In this document: one piece after another, positions 23,816 through 35,722 of the stretch
How positions within the stretch are numbered: the stretch's first letter is position 1
Layout: every line of letters begins with the position of its first letter
NCBI GenBank assembly: GCA_030390025.1
Contig: CM059431.1
Coordinates: forward strand, 159,280,001-159,344,000
Direction of reading: 5' to 3'
Length of the DNA: 64,000 nt
DNA from: Squalus acanthias
Taxonomy: Eukaryota
Notes under the pieces: model-generated
The model's input: the letters and a program-made list of their open reading frames with translations, nothing else
Databases searched by the model: none
Told to the model about the DNA's origin: nothing
Made by a program: the position numbers and the translations under genes

Positions 23816-26800
23816 ATATTCTACGCTCCGTGCCCGATCTATCTCATTTTCATCCGCCCTCTTGGTCTATATCTGATTCTCGTCCTGCTTTCCTTTCCAT
23901 CTGTCCCATGCCTGATGATCTTTTCTCCTTCCTTTTCCATCCTGCTGCATACCTAAATCGCCATTCACCAAATAAGATACAGCAAAGCAATTCTAAGTAT
24001 TCCAGCAGCAGGTAAGAACATAAGAACATAAGAAATAGGAGCAGGCGTAGGTCATTTGGCCCCTCGAGCCTGCTCCGCCATTCAATAAGATCATGGCCGA
24101 TCTGATCTGGCCTCAGCTCCACGTTCCTGCCTGTTTCCCATAACCCTTGACTCTCCTGTAGCTCAATTATCTCCACCTTAAATATATTCAATGACTCTGC
24201 CTTCACAGCTCTCTGAGGTAGAGAATTTCAAAGATTCACGACCCTCTGAGAGAATAAATTCCTCCTCATCTCCGTCTTGAATGGGCGACCCCTTATCCTT
24301 AAACTATGTCCCCTAGTTCTGGAGTCCACCACTAGGGGAAACATCCTTTCAGCATTTACCCTGTCAATCCCCCTCAGAATTTTATGTTTCAATAAGATCA
24401 CCTCTCATTCTTCCAAACTCAAATGAGAATAGGCCCAACCTGCTCAACCTTTCCTCATAAGACAACCCTTCTTTCACAGGAATCAACCTCGTGAACCTTC
24501 TCTGAACTGCCTCCAATGCAAGAAGATCCTTCCTTAAATAAGGAGACCAAAACTGTACGCAGTACTACAGGTGTGGTCTCACCAACGCCCTGTAAAGTTG
24601 TAGCAAGATTTCCCTACTTTTATTCTACATCTCCCTTGCAATAAAGGCCAACATTCCATTTGCCTTCCTAATTACTTGATATATCTGCATGCTAAGTTGT
24701 TTGTGTTTCATGTACGAGGACAACCAGATACCTTTGTACCGCAGCATTCTGCAGTCTCGCTCCATTTAAATAATATTTTGCTTTTCCATTCTTACTACCA
24801 AAGTGGATAATCTCACATTTTCCCAAATTTTACTCCATCTGCCAATTTTTGTGCCCACTCATTTAACCTATCTATATCCATTTGCAGACACTTGATGCCC
24901 TCCACACAGCTTGTTTTCTCACCTATCTTTGTATCCTCAGCAAACCTGTCTACAGTACACTCGGTCCCTTCATCAAAGTCATTGAAATACATTGTAAATA
25001 GTTGAGGCCCCAACACTGATCCCTGTGGCACCCCACTAGTTACAGTTTGCCAACCTGAAAATTACCCATTTATCCCACTCTCTGTTTTCTGTTAGTTAGC
25101 CAATCCTCTATCCATGCTAATATATTACCCCCAACACAGTGAGCTCTTATCTTGTGCAGTAACCTTTTATTTGGTACCTTAGCGAATGCCTTTTGGAAAT
25201 CCAATTACGCTGCATCTACTGATTCCCCTTGATCCACCCTGATCGTTACATCCTCAAACAACTCAAATAAATTTTTCAAACACGATTTCCCTTTCATAAA
25301 GCCATGTTCACTCTGCTTGATTGTACTATGATTTTCTAACAGTCGTGCTGCTACTCCCTTAATAATGGAATCAAGCATTTTCCCAATGACAGATGTTACA
25401 TTAACTGGCCTATAGTTTCCTGATTTCTGTCTCGCTGCTTTCTTGAAAAGGAAAGTTACATTAGCGGTTTTCCATTGCGCTGGAAACTTTCCAGAATCTA
25501 GGGAACCTTGGAAGATTACAACCAATGCATTCACTATTTCTGCAGCCACTTATTTTAAGACGCTAGAATGCAGGCCATCAGGCCCAAGGGATTTGTTAGC
25601 CTTTTGTCAAATTAGTTTGCCTAGTACTTTTTTTCTAGTGATAGTGATTGTTTTAAGTTCCTCCCTCACATTTACCCCTTGATTATCTATTATTAATGGG
25701 ATTCTTTTAGTGTATTCTGCCGTGAAGACAGCTGCAAAATATTTGTTCAAAGTCTCTGCCATGTCCTTGTTTTATAGAAACATAGAAATATAGAAACATA
25801 GAAAATAGGTACAGGAGTAGACCATTCGGTCCTTCGAGCCTGCACCGCCATTCAATGCGTTCATGGCTGAACATGCTACCTCAGTACCACATTCCTGCTT
25901 TCTCGCCAGACCCCTTGATCCCCCTAGTTGGGAGTGTTATATCTAACTCCCTTTTGAATATATTTAGCGAACTGGCCTCAACAACCTTCTGTGGAAGAGA
26001 ATTCCATAGATTCACCACTCTCTGGGTGAAGAAGTTCCTCCTCAGCTCAGTCCTAAATGGCTTCCCCTTAATCCTTAGACTGTGACCCCTGGTTCTAGTT
26101 TTCCCTAACATTGGGAACATTCTGCCCACATTTAATTTATCTAAACCAGTCAGGATTTTAAATGTCTCTATAAGATCCCCCCTCATTCTTCTGAACTCCA
26201 GAGGATACAAGTTCAGTTGACCCAATCTTTCTTGATATGTCAGTCCGGCCATCCCAGGAATCAATCTAGTGAACCTTCGCTGCACTCCCTCAATAGCAAG
26301 AATGTCCTTCCTTAAGTTAGGAGACCAAAACTGCGCACAATACTCCAGGTGTGGCCTCACCAAGGCCCTGTACAACTGCAGCATCACCTCCCTACTCCTG
26401 TACTCAAATCCCCTTACTATGAAGGCCATCATTCCGTTTGCTTTCTTGACTGCCTGCTGCACTTGCATTCCCACCTTCAGTGACTGATGTACCATGACGC
26501 CCAGGTCTCGTTGCACTTCCCCTTTCCCTAATCTGCCACCATTCAGGTAATAGTCCGCCTCTCTATTTTTACCACCAAAGTGGATAACCTCACATTTATC
26601 CACATTGTACTTCATCTGCCATACATTTGCCCATTCACCCAACCTGTCCAAGTCACTCTGTAGCCTCCTAGCATCCTCCTCATTGTTCACACAGCCTCCC
26701 AATTTAGTGTCATCCGCAAATTTGGAGATATTACATTTAATCCCTTCGTCCAAATCATTAATATATAATGTAAACAGCTGGGGTCCCAGCACCGAAACCT

Positions 26801-27555
26801 GCGGTACCCCGCTGGTCACTGCCTGCCATTCTGAAAAGCACCCATTTACTCCTACTCTTTGTTTCCTGTGTGCCAACCAGTTCTCAATCCACGTCAACAC
26901 ATTACCCCCATCCCATGTGCTTTAACTTTGCTCACCAATCTCTTGTGTGGGACCTTGTCGAAGGCCTTCTGAAAGTCCAAATACACCACATCTACTGGTT
27001 CCCCCCTGTCCACCCTATTGGAAACATCCTCCAAAAATTCCAGAAGATTTGTCAAGCATGATTTCCCTTTCACAAATCCATGCTGACTTGGACCTATCAT
27101 GTCGCCACTTTCCAAATGGTCTGTTATGACATCTTTAATAATTGCTTCCGTCATTTTACCCACGACCGATGTCAGGCTGACTGGTCTATAATTCCCTGCT
27201 CTCTCCCTCCCTCCTTTTTTAAAAAGAGGGGTTACATTGGCCACCCTCCACTCCATCGGAACTGATCCAGAGTCTAAGGAATGTTGGAAAATGATCGTCA
27301 ATGCATCCACTATTTCCAAGGCCACCTCCGTAAGTACTCTGGGATGCAGACCATCAGGCCCCGAGGATTTTTCAGCCTTCAGTCCCATCAATTTCCCCAA
27401 TACCTTTTCACGACTAATAAGGATTTCACTCAGCTCCTCCCTCTTACCAGATCCTCTGACCCCTTTTATTTCCGGCAGGTTGTGTGTGTCCTACACAGTA
27501 AACACCGAACCAAAGTACGTGTTCAATTGATCTGCCATTTCCTTGTTCCCCATTA

Positions 27556-27982
27556 CATAGAAACATAGAATCTAGGAGCAGGAGTAGGCCATTCGGCCCG
27601 TCGAGCCTGCTCCACCATTCAATACGATCATGGCTGATCATCCAAATCCAGTACCCTGTCCCTGCTTTAATCCCCACAGTACACATATCCCACCCTACCC
27701 CCGTAACCCCACATATTTAATTCCCCCTAACATATCCCATCCTATCCCCATAACCCCACATATTTAATCCCCCCTAACACTAAGGGTCAATTTATCATAG
27801 CCAAATCAACCTAACCTGCACATTTTTGGACTGTGGGAGGAAACCGGAGCACCCGGAGGAAACCCACGCAGACACGGGGAGAATCTGCAAACTCCACACA
27901 GACAGTCACCCGAGGTCAGATTCGAACCCGGGTCCCTGGCGCTGTGACGCACCAGTGCTAACCACTATGCCACCCTGTTGCC
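27556..27982 (-). mobile_element. tRNA-derived V-SINE (HE1-like) with CR1-derived 3' tail
   Basis: Minus strand: A box tggcatagtggttagc, B box gggttcgaatc, V-domain gtgtggagtttgca...ttctccccgtgtctgcgtgggtttcctccgggtgctccggtttcctcccac, then a CR1-type tail; internal ~45 bp duplication at ~27685-27780. Confidence 0.9.
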
Positions 27983-29280
27983 CTGTTTCCGACTGCAGGG
28001 GACCTACGTTTGTTTTTACTAACCTCTTTCCTTTTACATATTTATAGAAGCTTTTGCAGTCCATTTTAATGTTCTCTGCAAGCTTCCTTTCATATTTTAT
28101 TTTCCCTGCCCTAATCAAACCCTTCGTCCTCCTTTGCTGAGTTTTGAAGTTCTGCCAGTCCCCGGGTTTGCTGCTACTTCTGGCCAATTTGTATGCAACT
28201 TCCTTGGTTTTAATACTATCCCTGATTTCCCTTGTTAGCCATGGTTGAGCCACCTTCCCTTTTTTATTTTTACGCCAGACCGGGATGTACAATTGTTGTA
28301 GTTCATCCATGCGATCTCTAACTGTCTGCCATTGCCCTTCCACTGATAGCCCCTTAAATATTGCTTGCCAATTTAACCTCGCCAAATCACGCCTCATACC
28401 CTCAAAGTTGCCCTTATTTAAGTTCTGGACCATGGTCTCTGACTTAACTGTTTCCTTCTCCATCCTAATGTAGAACTCCACCATACTATGTTCACTCTTC
28501 CCCAGGGGGCCTCGTACCACAAGATTGCTGATTAGTCCTTCCTCATTACACAACACCCAGTCCAGGATGGCCTCCCCTCGAGTTGGTTCCTCAACATATT
28601 GGTTTAGGAAACCATCCCTTAAACACTCCAGGAAATCCTCCTCCACCGTATTGCTTCCAGTTTGAGTTGCCCAATCTATATGCATATTAAAGTCACCCAT
28701 GATAACTGCCGTGCCTTTTTTGCACGCACCTCTGATTTCCTGTTTCATACCCTCCCCCACCTCACCACTGCTATTTGGAGGTCTGTACACAACTCCCACT
28801 AACGTTTTCTGCCCTTTGGTGTTCTGCAGCTCAACCCATATTGATTCCACATCCTCCAAGCTGATGTCCTTCCTAGCTATTGCATTAATCTCGTCTTTAA
28901 CCAGCAATGCTACCCCACCCACTTTTCCTTTTATTGTATCCTTTCTGAATGTTAAATACCCCTGGATGTTCAGTTCCCAGCCTTGATTGTTCTGGAGCCA
29001 CGTCTCTGTAATCCCAATCACATCGTATCCGTTAACATCTATTTGCACAGTCAATTCATCCACCTTATTACGGATACTCCTTGCATTAAGACACAGAGCC
29101 TTTAGGCTTATTTTATTAACATCCTTTGTCCTTTTAGACTTATGATTTAGTATGGCCCTTTGTGTTTCTTGCCTTTGTTTACTCGGCCTTCCCCTATTGC
29201 TTCTCACCCTTCTAACATTTGTTTCTGACTGCATATTACTTCCCCTGTTTCGCTACATAGGTTCCCCTTCCCCTGCCATA

Positions 29281-30225
29281 TTAGTTTAAATCCTCCCGAA
29301 CTGCTTTAGCAAATATTACCCCGAGGACATCGGTTCCAGTCCTGCCCAAGTGCAGACCGTCCCTTTTGTACAGGTCCCACTTCCCCCAGAACTGGTTCCA
29401 ATGCCTCAGGAATTTGAATCCCTCCCTCCTGCACCACTGCTCAAGCCACGTATTCAATCTCACTATCCTGTTCTCTCTATTCTGATTAGCACGTGGCCCT
29501 GGTAGCAATCCAGAGATTACTACCTTAGAGGTCCTACTTTTTAATTTAGCTCCTAGCTCCCTAAATTCTGCTTGTAGGACCTCTTCCCGCGTTTTACCTA
29601 TATCGTTGGTACCTACATGCACCACGACAGCTGGCTGTTCACCCTCCCTCTTCAGAATTTTCTGCAGCCGCTCCGAGACATCCTTGACCCTTGCACCAGG
29701 GAGGCAACATACCATCCTGGAATCTCGGTTGCGGCCACAGAAACTCCTGTCTATTCCCCTTACAATTGAGTCCCCTATCACTATAGCCCTACCACACTTT
29801 TTCCCGCCCTGCTGTGCAGCAGAGCCAGCCATGGTGCCATGAACCTGGCTGCTGGTGCCTTCCCCTGGTAGGCCATCTCCCCCAACAGTATCCAAAGCGG
29901 CATACCTGTTTTGGAGGGAGATGACCACAGGAGACTCCTGCACTACCTTCCTGATATTGCCCTGCTTCTTGGTCACCCATACACTGTCTGTCCTAGCCTT
30001 TAACTGTGGTGTGGACAACTCACTAAATGAGCGATTCACCGAGTTCTCGGCATCGTGCATGCTCCAGAGTGAGTCCACCCGCAGCTCCAGCACCGCCATG
30101 CGGGCTGTCAGGAGCTGCAGCTGGACACACTTCCCGCACACGTAGTTGTCAGGGACACTGGAAGTGTCCCTGGTTTCCCACATGGCACAGGAGGAGCATG
30201 AAACGGGTCCAAGACTTCCTGTCAT
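29281..30225 (-). CDS. CR1 ORF1 protein (intact, Zn-finger + SGNH esterase)
   Basis: 314 aa: CSSCAMW...CGKC, IGDSIVRG, HVGTND, DGLHL. Confidence 0.9.
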   Translation of the reverse strand: MTGSLGPVSCSSCAMWETRDTSSVPDNYVCGKCVQLQLLTARMAVLELRVDSLWSMHDAENSVNRSFSELSTPQLKARTDSVWVTKKQGNIRKVVQESPVVISLQNRYAALDTVGGDGLPGEGTSSQVHGTMAGSAAQQGGKKCGRAIVIGDSIVRGIDRSFCGRNRDSRMVCCLPGARVKDVSERLQKILKREGEQPAVVVHVGTNDIGKTREEVLQAEFRELGAKLKSRTSKVVISGLLPGPRANQNRENRIVRLNTWLEQWCRREGFKFLRHWNQFWGKWDLYKRDGLHLGRTGTDVLGVIFAKAVREDLN

Positions 30226-32443
30226 GACTTAACCCTTATGTTACTTTATTACTAAATTTTAAACTTATTTATCTTAGGTCCAGGAGTTAAGTCCCTGAAA
30301 ACAAAATATAAAATCGAACCTACCTTTTAAATTATTAATTCCCCAGTCTCAGCCTCGAAGGGACCAACACTTTTTTTTTAGCTACTCTCTTCCTTATATA
30401 TACTTGGAGAAGCTTTACTGTTTGTTTGTATATTTCTTGTTAGTTTACTCTCATAATCTATTTTCCACCTTTTTATTATTTTTTAGTCATCCTTTGCTGG
30501 TTTCTAAACAATTCCAAATGTTCTGGCATACCACTTATCTTAGTAGCATTATATGCATTTTCTTTCAAATTGATACCATCCTTAACTTCCTTAGTTAGCC
30601 ACGATGGTTCATCCTCCTCGTAGAGTCTTTCTTTCTCACTGCAATATATTTTGTTGAGAGTTATGAAATATCTACTTAAATGTCTGCCACTGCTTATCTG
30701 CAATTTTACCTTTAAATCTATTTCCCCAGTCCACTTTAGCCAACTCTGCCTTCATACCTTTGCAATTGCCTTTAGTAAAGTTTGAGACACTATTTCCAGA
30801 CTAAAGTTTCTCACCCTCAAATTGAATGTGAAAATCTACATTCTATGATAACACTTCCTGGAGAATCCTTTATCATTAATTAGTCCTATCTCATGACACA
30901 TTACCAGATCTAAAATAGCCTGTTCCCTGGTTGGTTCCACAACGTATTGTTCTAAGAAAACGTCCCGAATACACTCTATGAACTCATCCTCAAGGCTACC
31001 CTTGCCAATTTGATTGGTCTAATCTATATGGAGATTAAAATCGCCAATGATTATTGCAGTACCTGTCTTACAAGCCCCCATTATTTATTGATTTATACTC
31101 TGTCCTAACGTGTAGCTACTGTTAGGTGAACTATAGACTACTCCCACCAGTGAGTTCTTTCCCTTACTATTTCTTATCTCCACCCAAACTGATTCTACAT
31201 CTTGATCTTCCGAGCCAAGTTCATTTCGCACGCATCCTTTATGAACAGAGGTACACCACCTCCTTTTCCTTTCTGCCTATACTTCAGAAATGTCAAATAT
31301 CCCATGAAATTCAGTTCCCAGCCTTGGTCACCTTGCAACCACATCTCTGTAATGGCTATCAGATCATACCCATTTATTTCTATTCGTGCCGTCAATTCAT
31401 CTATCTTGTTACGAATGCTGCGTGCATTTAGATAAAGTGCCTTAAATCGTGTATGTTTACGATTTTCCCTATTCTGACCCAATTTGCTCGTGCACACTTA
31501 CGTTTGTACGCTCTGTCCCTTCCTGTCGCACTCTGGTTATCATTACCCTTAGCGCTACCTTGCACTATTGCCATGTCCATTCTCGCTAACTTTCTAAATT
31601 ACCCCAAACCTGACACCACACCCCCACCCCCCGCCCCCGTCCACTTTTTAGTTTAAAGCACTATCTGTAGTCCTAATTATTCGATTCGCCAGGACACTGC
31701 TCCCAACATGGTTGAAGTGAAGCCCGTCCCAACAGAAGTATTCCCTCTTTCCCCAGTACTAGTGGCAGTGCACCATGAATCGAAATAAATTTCACCCACT
31801 CCAAGTTTTTAGCCAACCATTCAATGCTCTGATCTCACTGACACTATGCCAATTTGCTCGTGGTTCAGGTAGCAATCCAGAGGTTATTAGCTTTGGGGTT
31901 CTGCTTTTTAATTTGGATCCGAGCTCCGGGAACTCCCTCAGCAGAACCGCATTCCCAGTTCTACCTATATCGTTGTTTCCTACGTGGACCACGACAACTG
32001 GAAACCACTTCCCACCCCCGCACCCCGCCCCCCCCCCGCCCCCGCCACTGCAAGTACTCCTCCAGCCGCGAGGTGGTGTATTTGATCATGGCACCGGACA
32101 GGCAACACAACCTTTGGAACAATCGGTCGTGGCTGCAGAGAACAGTATCTATCCCCATGATTATACTGCCCCTAGCTCAACTACATTTACTTTCACACAC
32201 CCCACTTGAATGGCCTGCTGCACCATGGTGCCATGGTCAGCTTGCTCATCCATCCTGCAGGTTTTTCCCTCATCCACACATGAAGCAAGAACTTCATAAC
32301 TGTTGGACAAGGACAAAGGCTGAGGCTCCTCCAGCACGGCACCCGGGGACCCCTTACCTGCCTGAGTTGCAGTCCACACCCACCTGACCCCGAACACTAA
32401 CCAGAACTGTGCCACTACCTAACGGAAGGGGCGTGACTGCCTC

Positions 32444-33904
32444 TGTCAGATTCTCAACATTCACAGATCCCCAAAACTCGAAGACAACCGTAAGGAAAAT
32501 ACTTTGGGCTCCTTTCTAGCTATTACAGGGTGCTGAAGGGCATTGGGTCTAACTGGAGGTCCCTTTGAGCAAAAAGCAAGATTTGGACTTTTCAAACATG
32601 TAAGGGAGAAAAGGCTGTGAAGGAAGGTGGGTTCAAACTCTGTAAAAAAAAGTGTGGGTATTGGAGCTAATGGGAACTGTCTGGGGAACTGCATGATCTC
32701 GCTGCGAGTTTAAATCGGCCCCTATCAGACATTAGCATCCTAACAATAAACCCGAGGAAAACCAGTCTCCACCCCAAGTTACAGAATCCATTAAGACATG
32801 CATGAAACAGATTACTTCGGCCTACTCCATAGAAATCAAAGGCCCAGCCAAGAAAACCCAAAACATAAGAACAATAAAACTCCGATTAATTGGCAAATTG
32901 ACAGGATGGGGGTCATCCCAGAATCACTTCACACCTTAACAAACCAGTTACCGTTAACGAGCCCGCCAAAACCATCAAAGACCGAGACCTGATTTGGCAC
33001 GCAGATAAGGAAGCTTCAATGGGTATAATTGAAGGCCCGTTCTCAACTTGTAAAAGAAGAAGAGGAAGGAAGAACAAGAAGACATTTGACGGAGGCATTC
33101 TCCGCAACACAGTTCAAAAACCAACACCATTTAGCATTCCGTGTCCAGCAAGGAGGTCGACAACTCGAAGGCTGGACCATCCAACAAAGTACGCCGACAC
33201 GTGAAGAAACCAGAACGACCGCCTCAGTGATCATCGGACACCTCGCGGCAACAAGGCCCTCAAGAAACAACCAACCAAACAACAAGTATTAATATTTGGT
33301 CCACCACGCCCAAAGAAAACCAACTCGAAGAAAACCGAAGAACCACAAAGTTTCCATTCTACAATCTATTCTTGACTTACCCCTGGGTAAGATTTTCCCT
33401 TAAAAAACTCTAAACCCTACTTCCAAACCAAAGAAAAGTGGGTACCCACCTGATAAATCCAATACGCATCCTATCGCATCAGTGGACTCGCGAAGACTGA
33501 CCAGATACGCAGTTGAAGTCCTCTACCGCGTATGGGGTACGGCAGACACCAACCGACATATAGAGTGAACCCCAACACCGCGAACTAACCTAACAGTCAA
33601 GGATTCTGGTGAGTATCATCCTTGGTCCTCTGGAGTCCAACTAGCTAGTAAAGTGGAATTGCGAGGGACGACGTACTCTTGCAATGTGATTTCCCTCGCT
33701 TGTACCGAAGTGTACCCCCACTTTTAGAGTTTTTAGAGTGTTTGTGTTGTGTTTTACTCTCTTGAATAAAGATCAAAGTCCTTGAATCAAAACCAGTTGT
33801 CTGCTGCACTTTTTATCACAACCCCCAAATAAGTCCAAAGTCTAGAACCAAGGGAGTGGGAGCGATTCGAACCGCTCAGAAGAGAGGTGAAGCTTTCACA
33901 AACC
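32444..33904 (+). repeat. 5' LTR (~1.46 kb; last bases and PBS TGG deleted)
   Basis: Colinear with 43471-44135 + 48498-49320; CTG|GTGAGT donor at 33609; AATAAA at 33765. Confidence 0.92.
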
Positions 33905-33918
33905 GACCGTGGCAGGAC
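33904..33918 (+). promoter_or_regulatory. Primer-binding site, tRNA-Arg-like
   Basis: CGACCGTGGCAGGAC matches the complement of a vertebrate tRNA-Arg 3' end as I recall it (TGGCGACCGCGGCAGGAC) with one mismatch; the TGG is lost in a small deletion. Confidence 0.65.
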
Positions 33919-33971
33919 CTTGGCAAAAGGGATGTGATGCAGTTGACACTGTTTTTGAGGAGAGAACCAAG

Positions 33972-35722
33972 ATGGAAGAGAGAATTTCCTCTTATGTGAT
34001 CGAGAAAGTGAACATAACCAAGAAATGGTTACTCAGTCTGTTGCGTGCTGAGCGTCCAATAGACGCTGCAGCTAAATGGACTTAGAGCAAGGACGACAAG
34101 AAATCTGTGGAAAAGGCCATCTGGTTGATCTGCTCCCAGCGACAGATCCAACTGTTAGACAAACGTGTTGAGGCACTTAAGGCAGAACTGCAGGAGTCTG
34201 CTCAGCTGTCTGAAGCAAGGGCCCTAGCAGGGGAAACATTACTGAATGAGTTAACAATCCGAAATCAGGAAAAAATGCAGCTAGTGGATACACACAGAAA
34301 CAGGCAGGAATATTTTCAGTGCCAGGTCACCGAAGCTAAAACCAGTGAACTGGTGTTGCGGGAAGAGAACACTCGCCTGGCCAAACAAGTAAGAGAGAAG
34401 GAGGAGAGGTTGAGAGGCGTCCAGGCCGCTTCCAAGATAGCAAACACGAGGGGGTATGAGGCGGCAGATGACGGTCCCTGCCAGAAACAAATCGGGAGCT
34501 TGATCCTTGGTCTGTCCAGGGCGAAAGGCGTGGTATGCCTACTAAGCCCGGGTGCGGACCGGGTGGAACTGGAAATGCAAAGGCAAACTTTTCGGACGCC
34601 ACCTGTGGTGCCGGGGAACCACCCGGTTTTGCAGCAGGAGGGACGGACAATTTGTGAGGCTGGCAGGGAGAGTAAACCACCACCTGTGGCGACGGGTTTT
34701 GAGTCGATTAGGCAGCTGGGAGGGGAGGGCGAACCAATGCAGGAAACGACGGAGCCGGGGCCGAAGTGCCCGTTCCGGCAGCAAATGTTTGGCACGCCTG
34801 GTCGTGGTGGGGGTCAAGTACCCCTTGAAATCCAATTTGTGGCTCCGCATGGCACCCAACAGCTTAAGTCTATGATAAAAAACCTGGGCAAGCTCACCCA
34901 AAAAGGAGACCCCTCAGTCCACTTCATGGAAGTGGAACAGGCAGCGGGTATCAACGACTGCGATGATGCCGTACTGGCAAAAATGCTCCTGTTCTCCCTA
35001 GATAGCAAAATTTACCAGTCCTTCTCTGCAGAGATTAAAAGAGGGCAGTGTGGATACGCTGCTATCCGGGAGGAAGTTCTGGAGGCCATGGGAATTAATG
35101 AAGGTTGTCCCTTCTCCTGGGTGGAGAAGACAACCCAGCTAGTAGGGGAGACCCCACAGGCATTCACAGACCGACTGTGGCCTGTATACAGGAGTGCCTG
35201 TAATGGGGTTATCGACCGGGCTCACCTGAATCAGAATGAGCTGGCCCACTGGCTCCGAAGCCTAGTGGCAAACAGCTTGCCACGGATCAGGGCCAATCTG
35301 AGCTGCGGTTTGACTCGAACGACCCCGGTGTCACCGAGGAGACAGTGATCAGACCACTGGCCCTGGCTTACCGGAATGGTAGAGGAACAGAAGAGCACCC
35401 ACCTGAGGGAAAGGTCCACGAAATAAGGCCTAGTAAAAGGAAAAAGTGGCACCAGGAATGGAGTAACCCTTCCGGCACGAATCGTAACTGCTTCGGTTGC
35501 GGGAAGATTTAGCATTGGCGAAAAGACTGTAGGAATCCGTGGAAGTATAACGTAGGGAAGAACTCCCCAGCTCCTGCCCCAAGCAGCGAAGCACCGACCA
35601 CTTCCCCCACGCTAGACTCGGTCATGGCCGTAATCCGAGCTCCAGTCAACGGCCCGGTGAAAGTTGCCACCGCCACTGGTGCTTTAGCCCCATTGCCCCC
35701 ATCCCCCAACTCAGACTCATGA
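33972..35722 (+). pseudogene. gag: gag (N-terminal coiled coil, capsid-like region, CCHC knuckle)
   Basis: ATG 33972 is in frame with ORF 34107-35348 (two stops between them); heptad-rich QLLDKRVEALKAELQE...; CFGCGKI*HWRKDC at 35489; ends at TGA 35720. Confidence 0.8.

Larger units (their letters stand above)
25774..30330 (-). mobile_element. Near full-length, relatively young CR1 LINE
   Basis: Intact ORF1 29281-30225; ORF2 in long open pieces (29234-27983, 27400-26894, 26900-25881) broken by a SINE and a frameshift; (CTATGTTT)n tail at 25774-25805. Confidence 0.95.

Noticed and set aside
27906..27982. Novel C-terminus on the 442-aa endonuclease ORF
   Set aside because: Chance read-through into the inserted V-SINE head.
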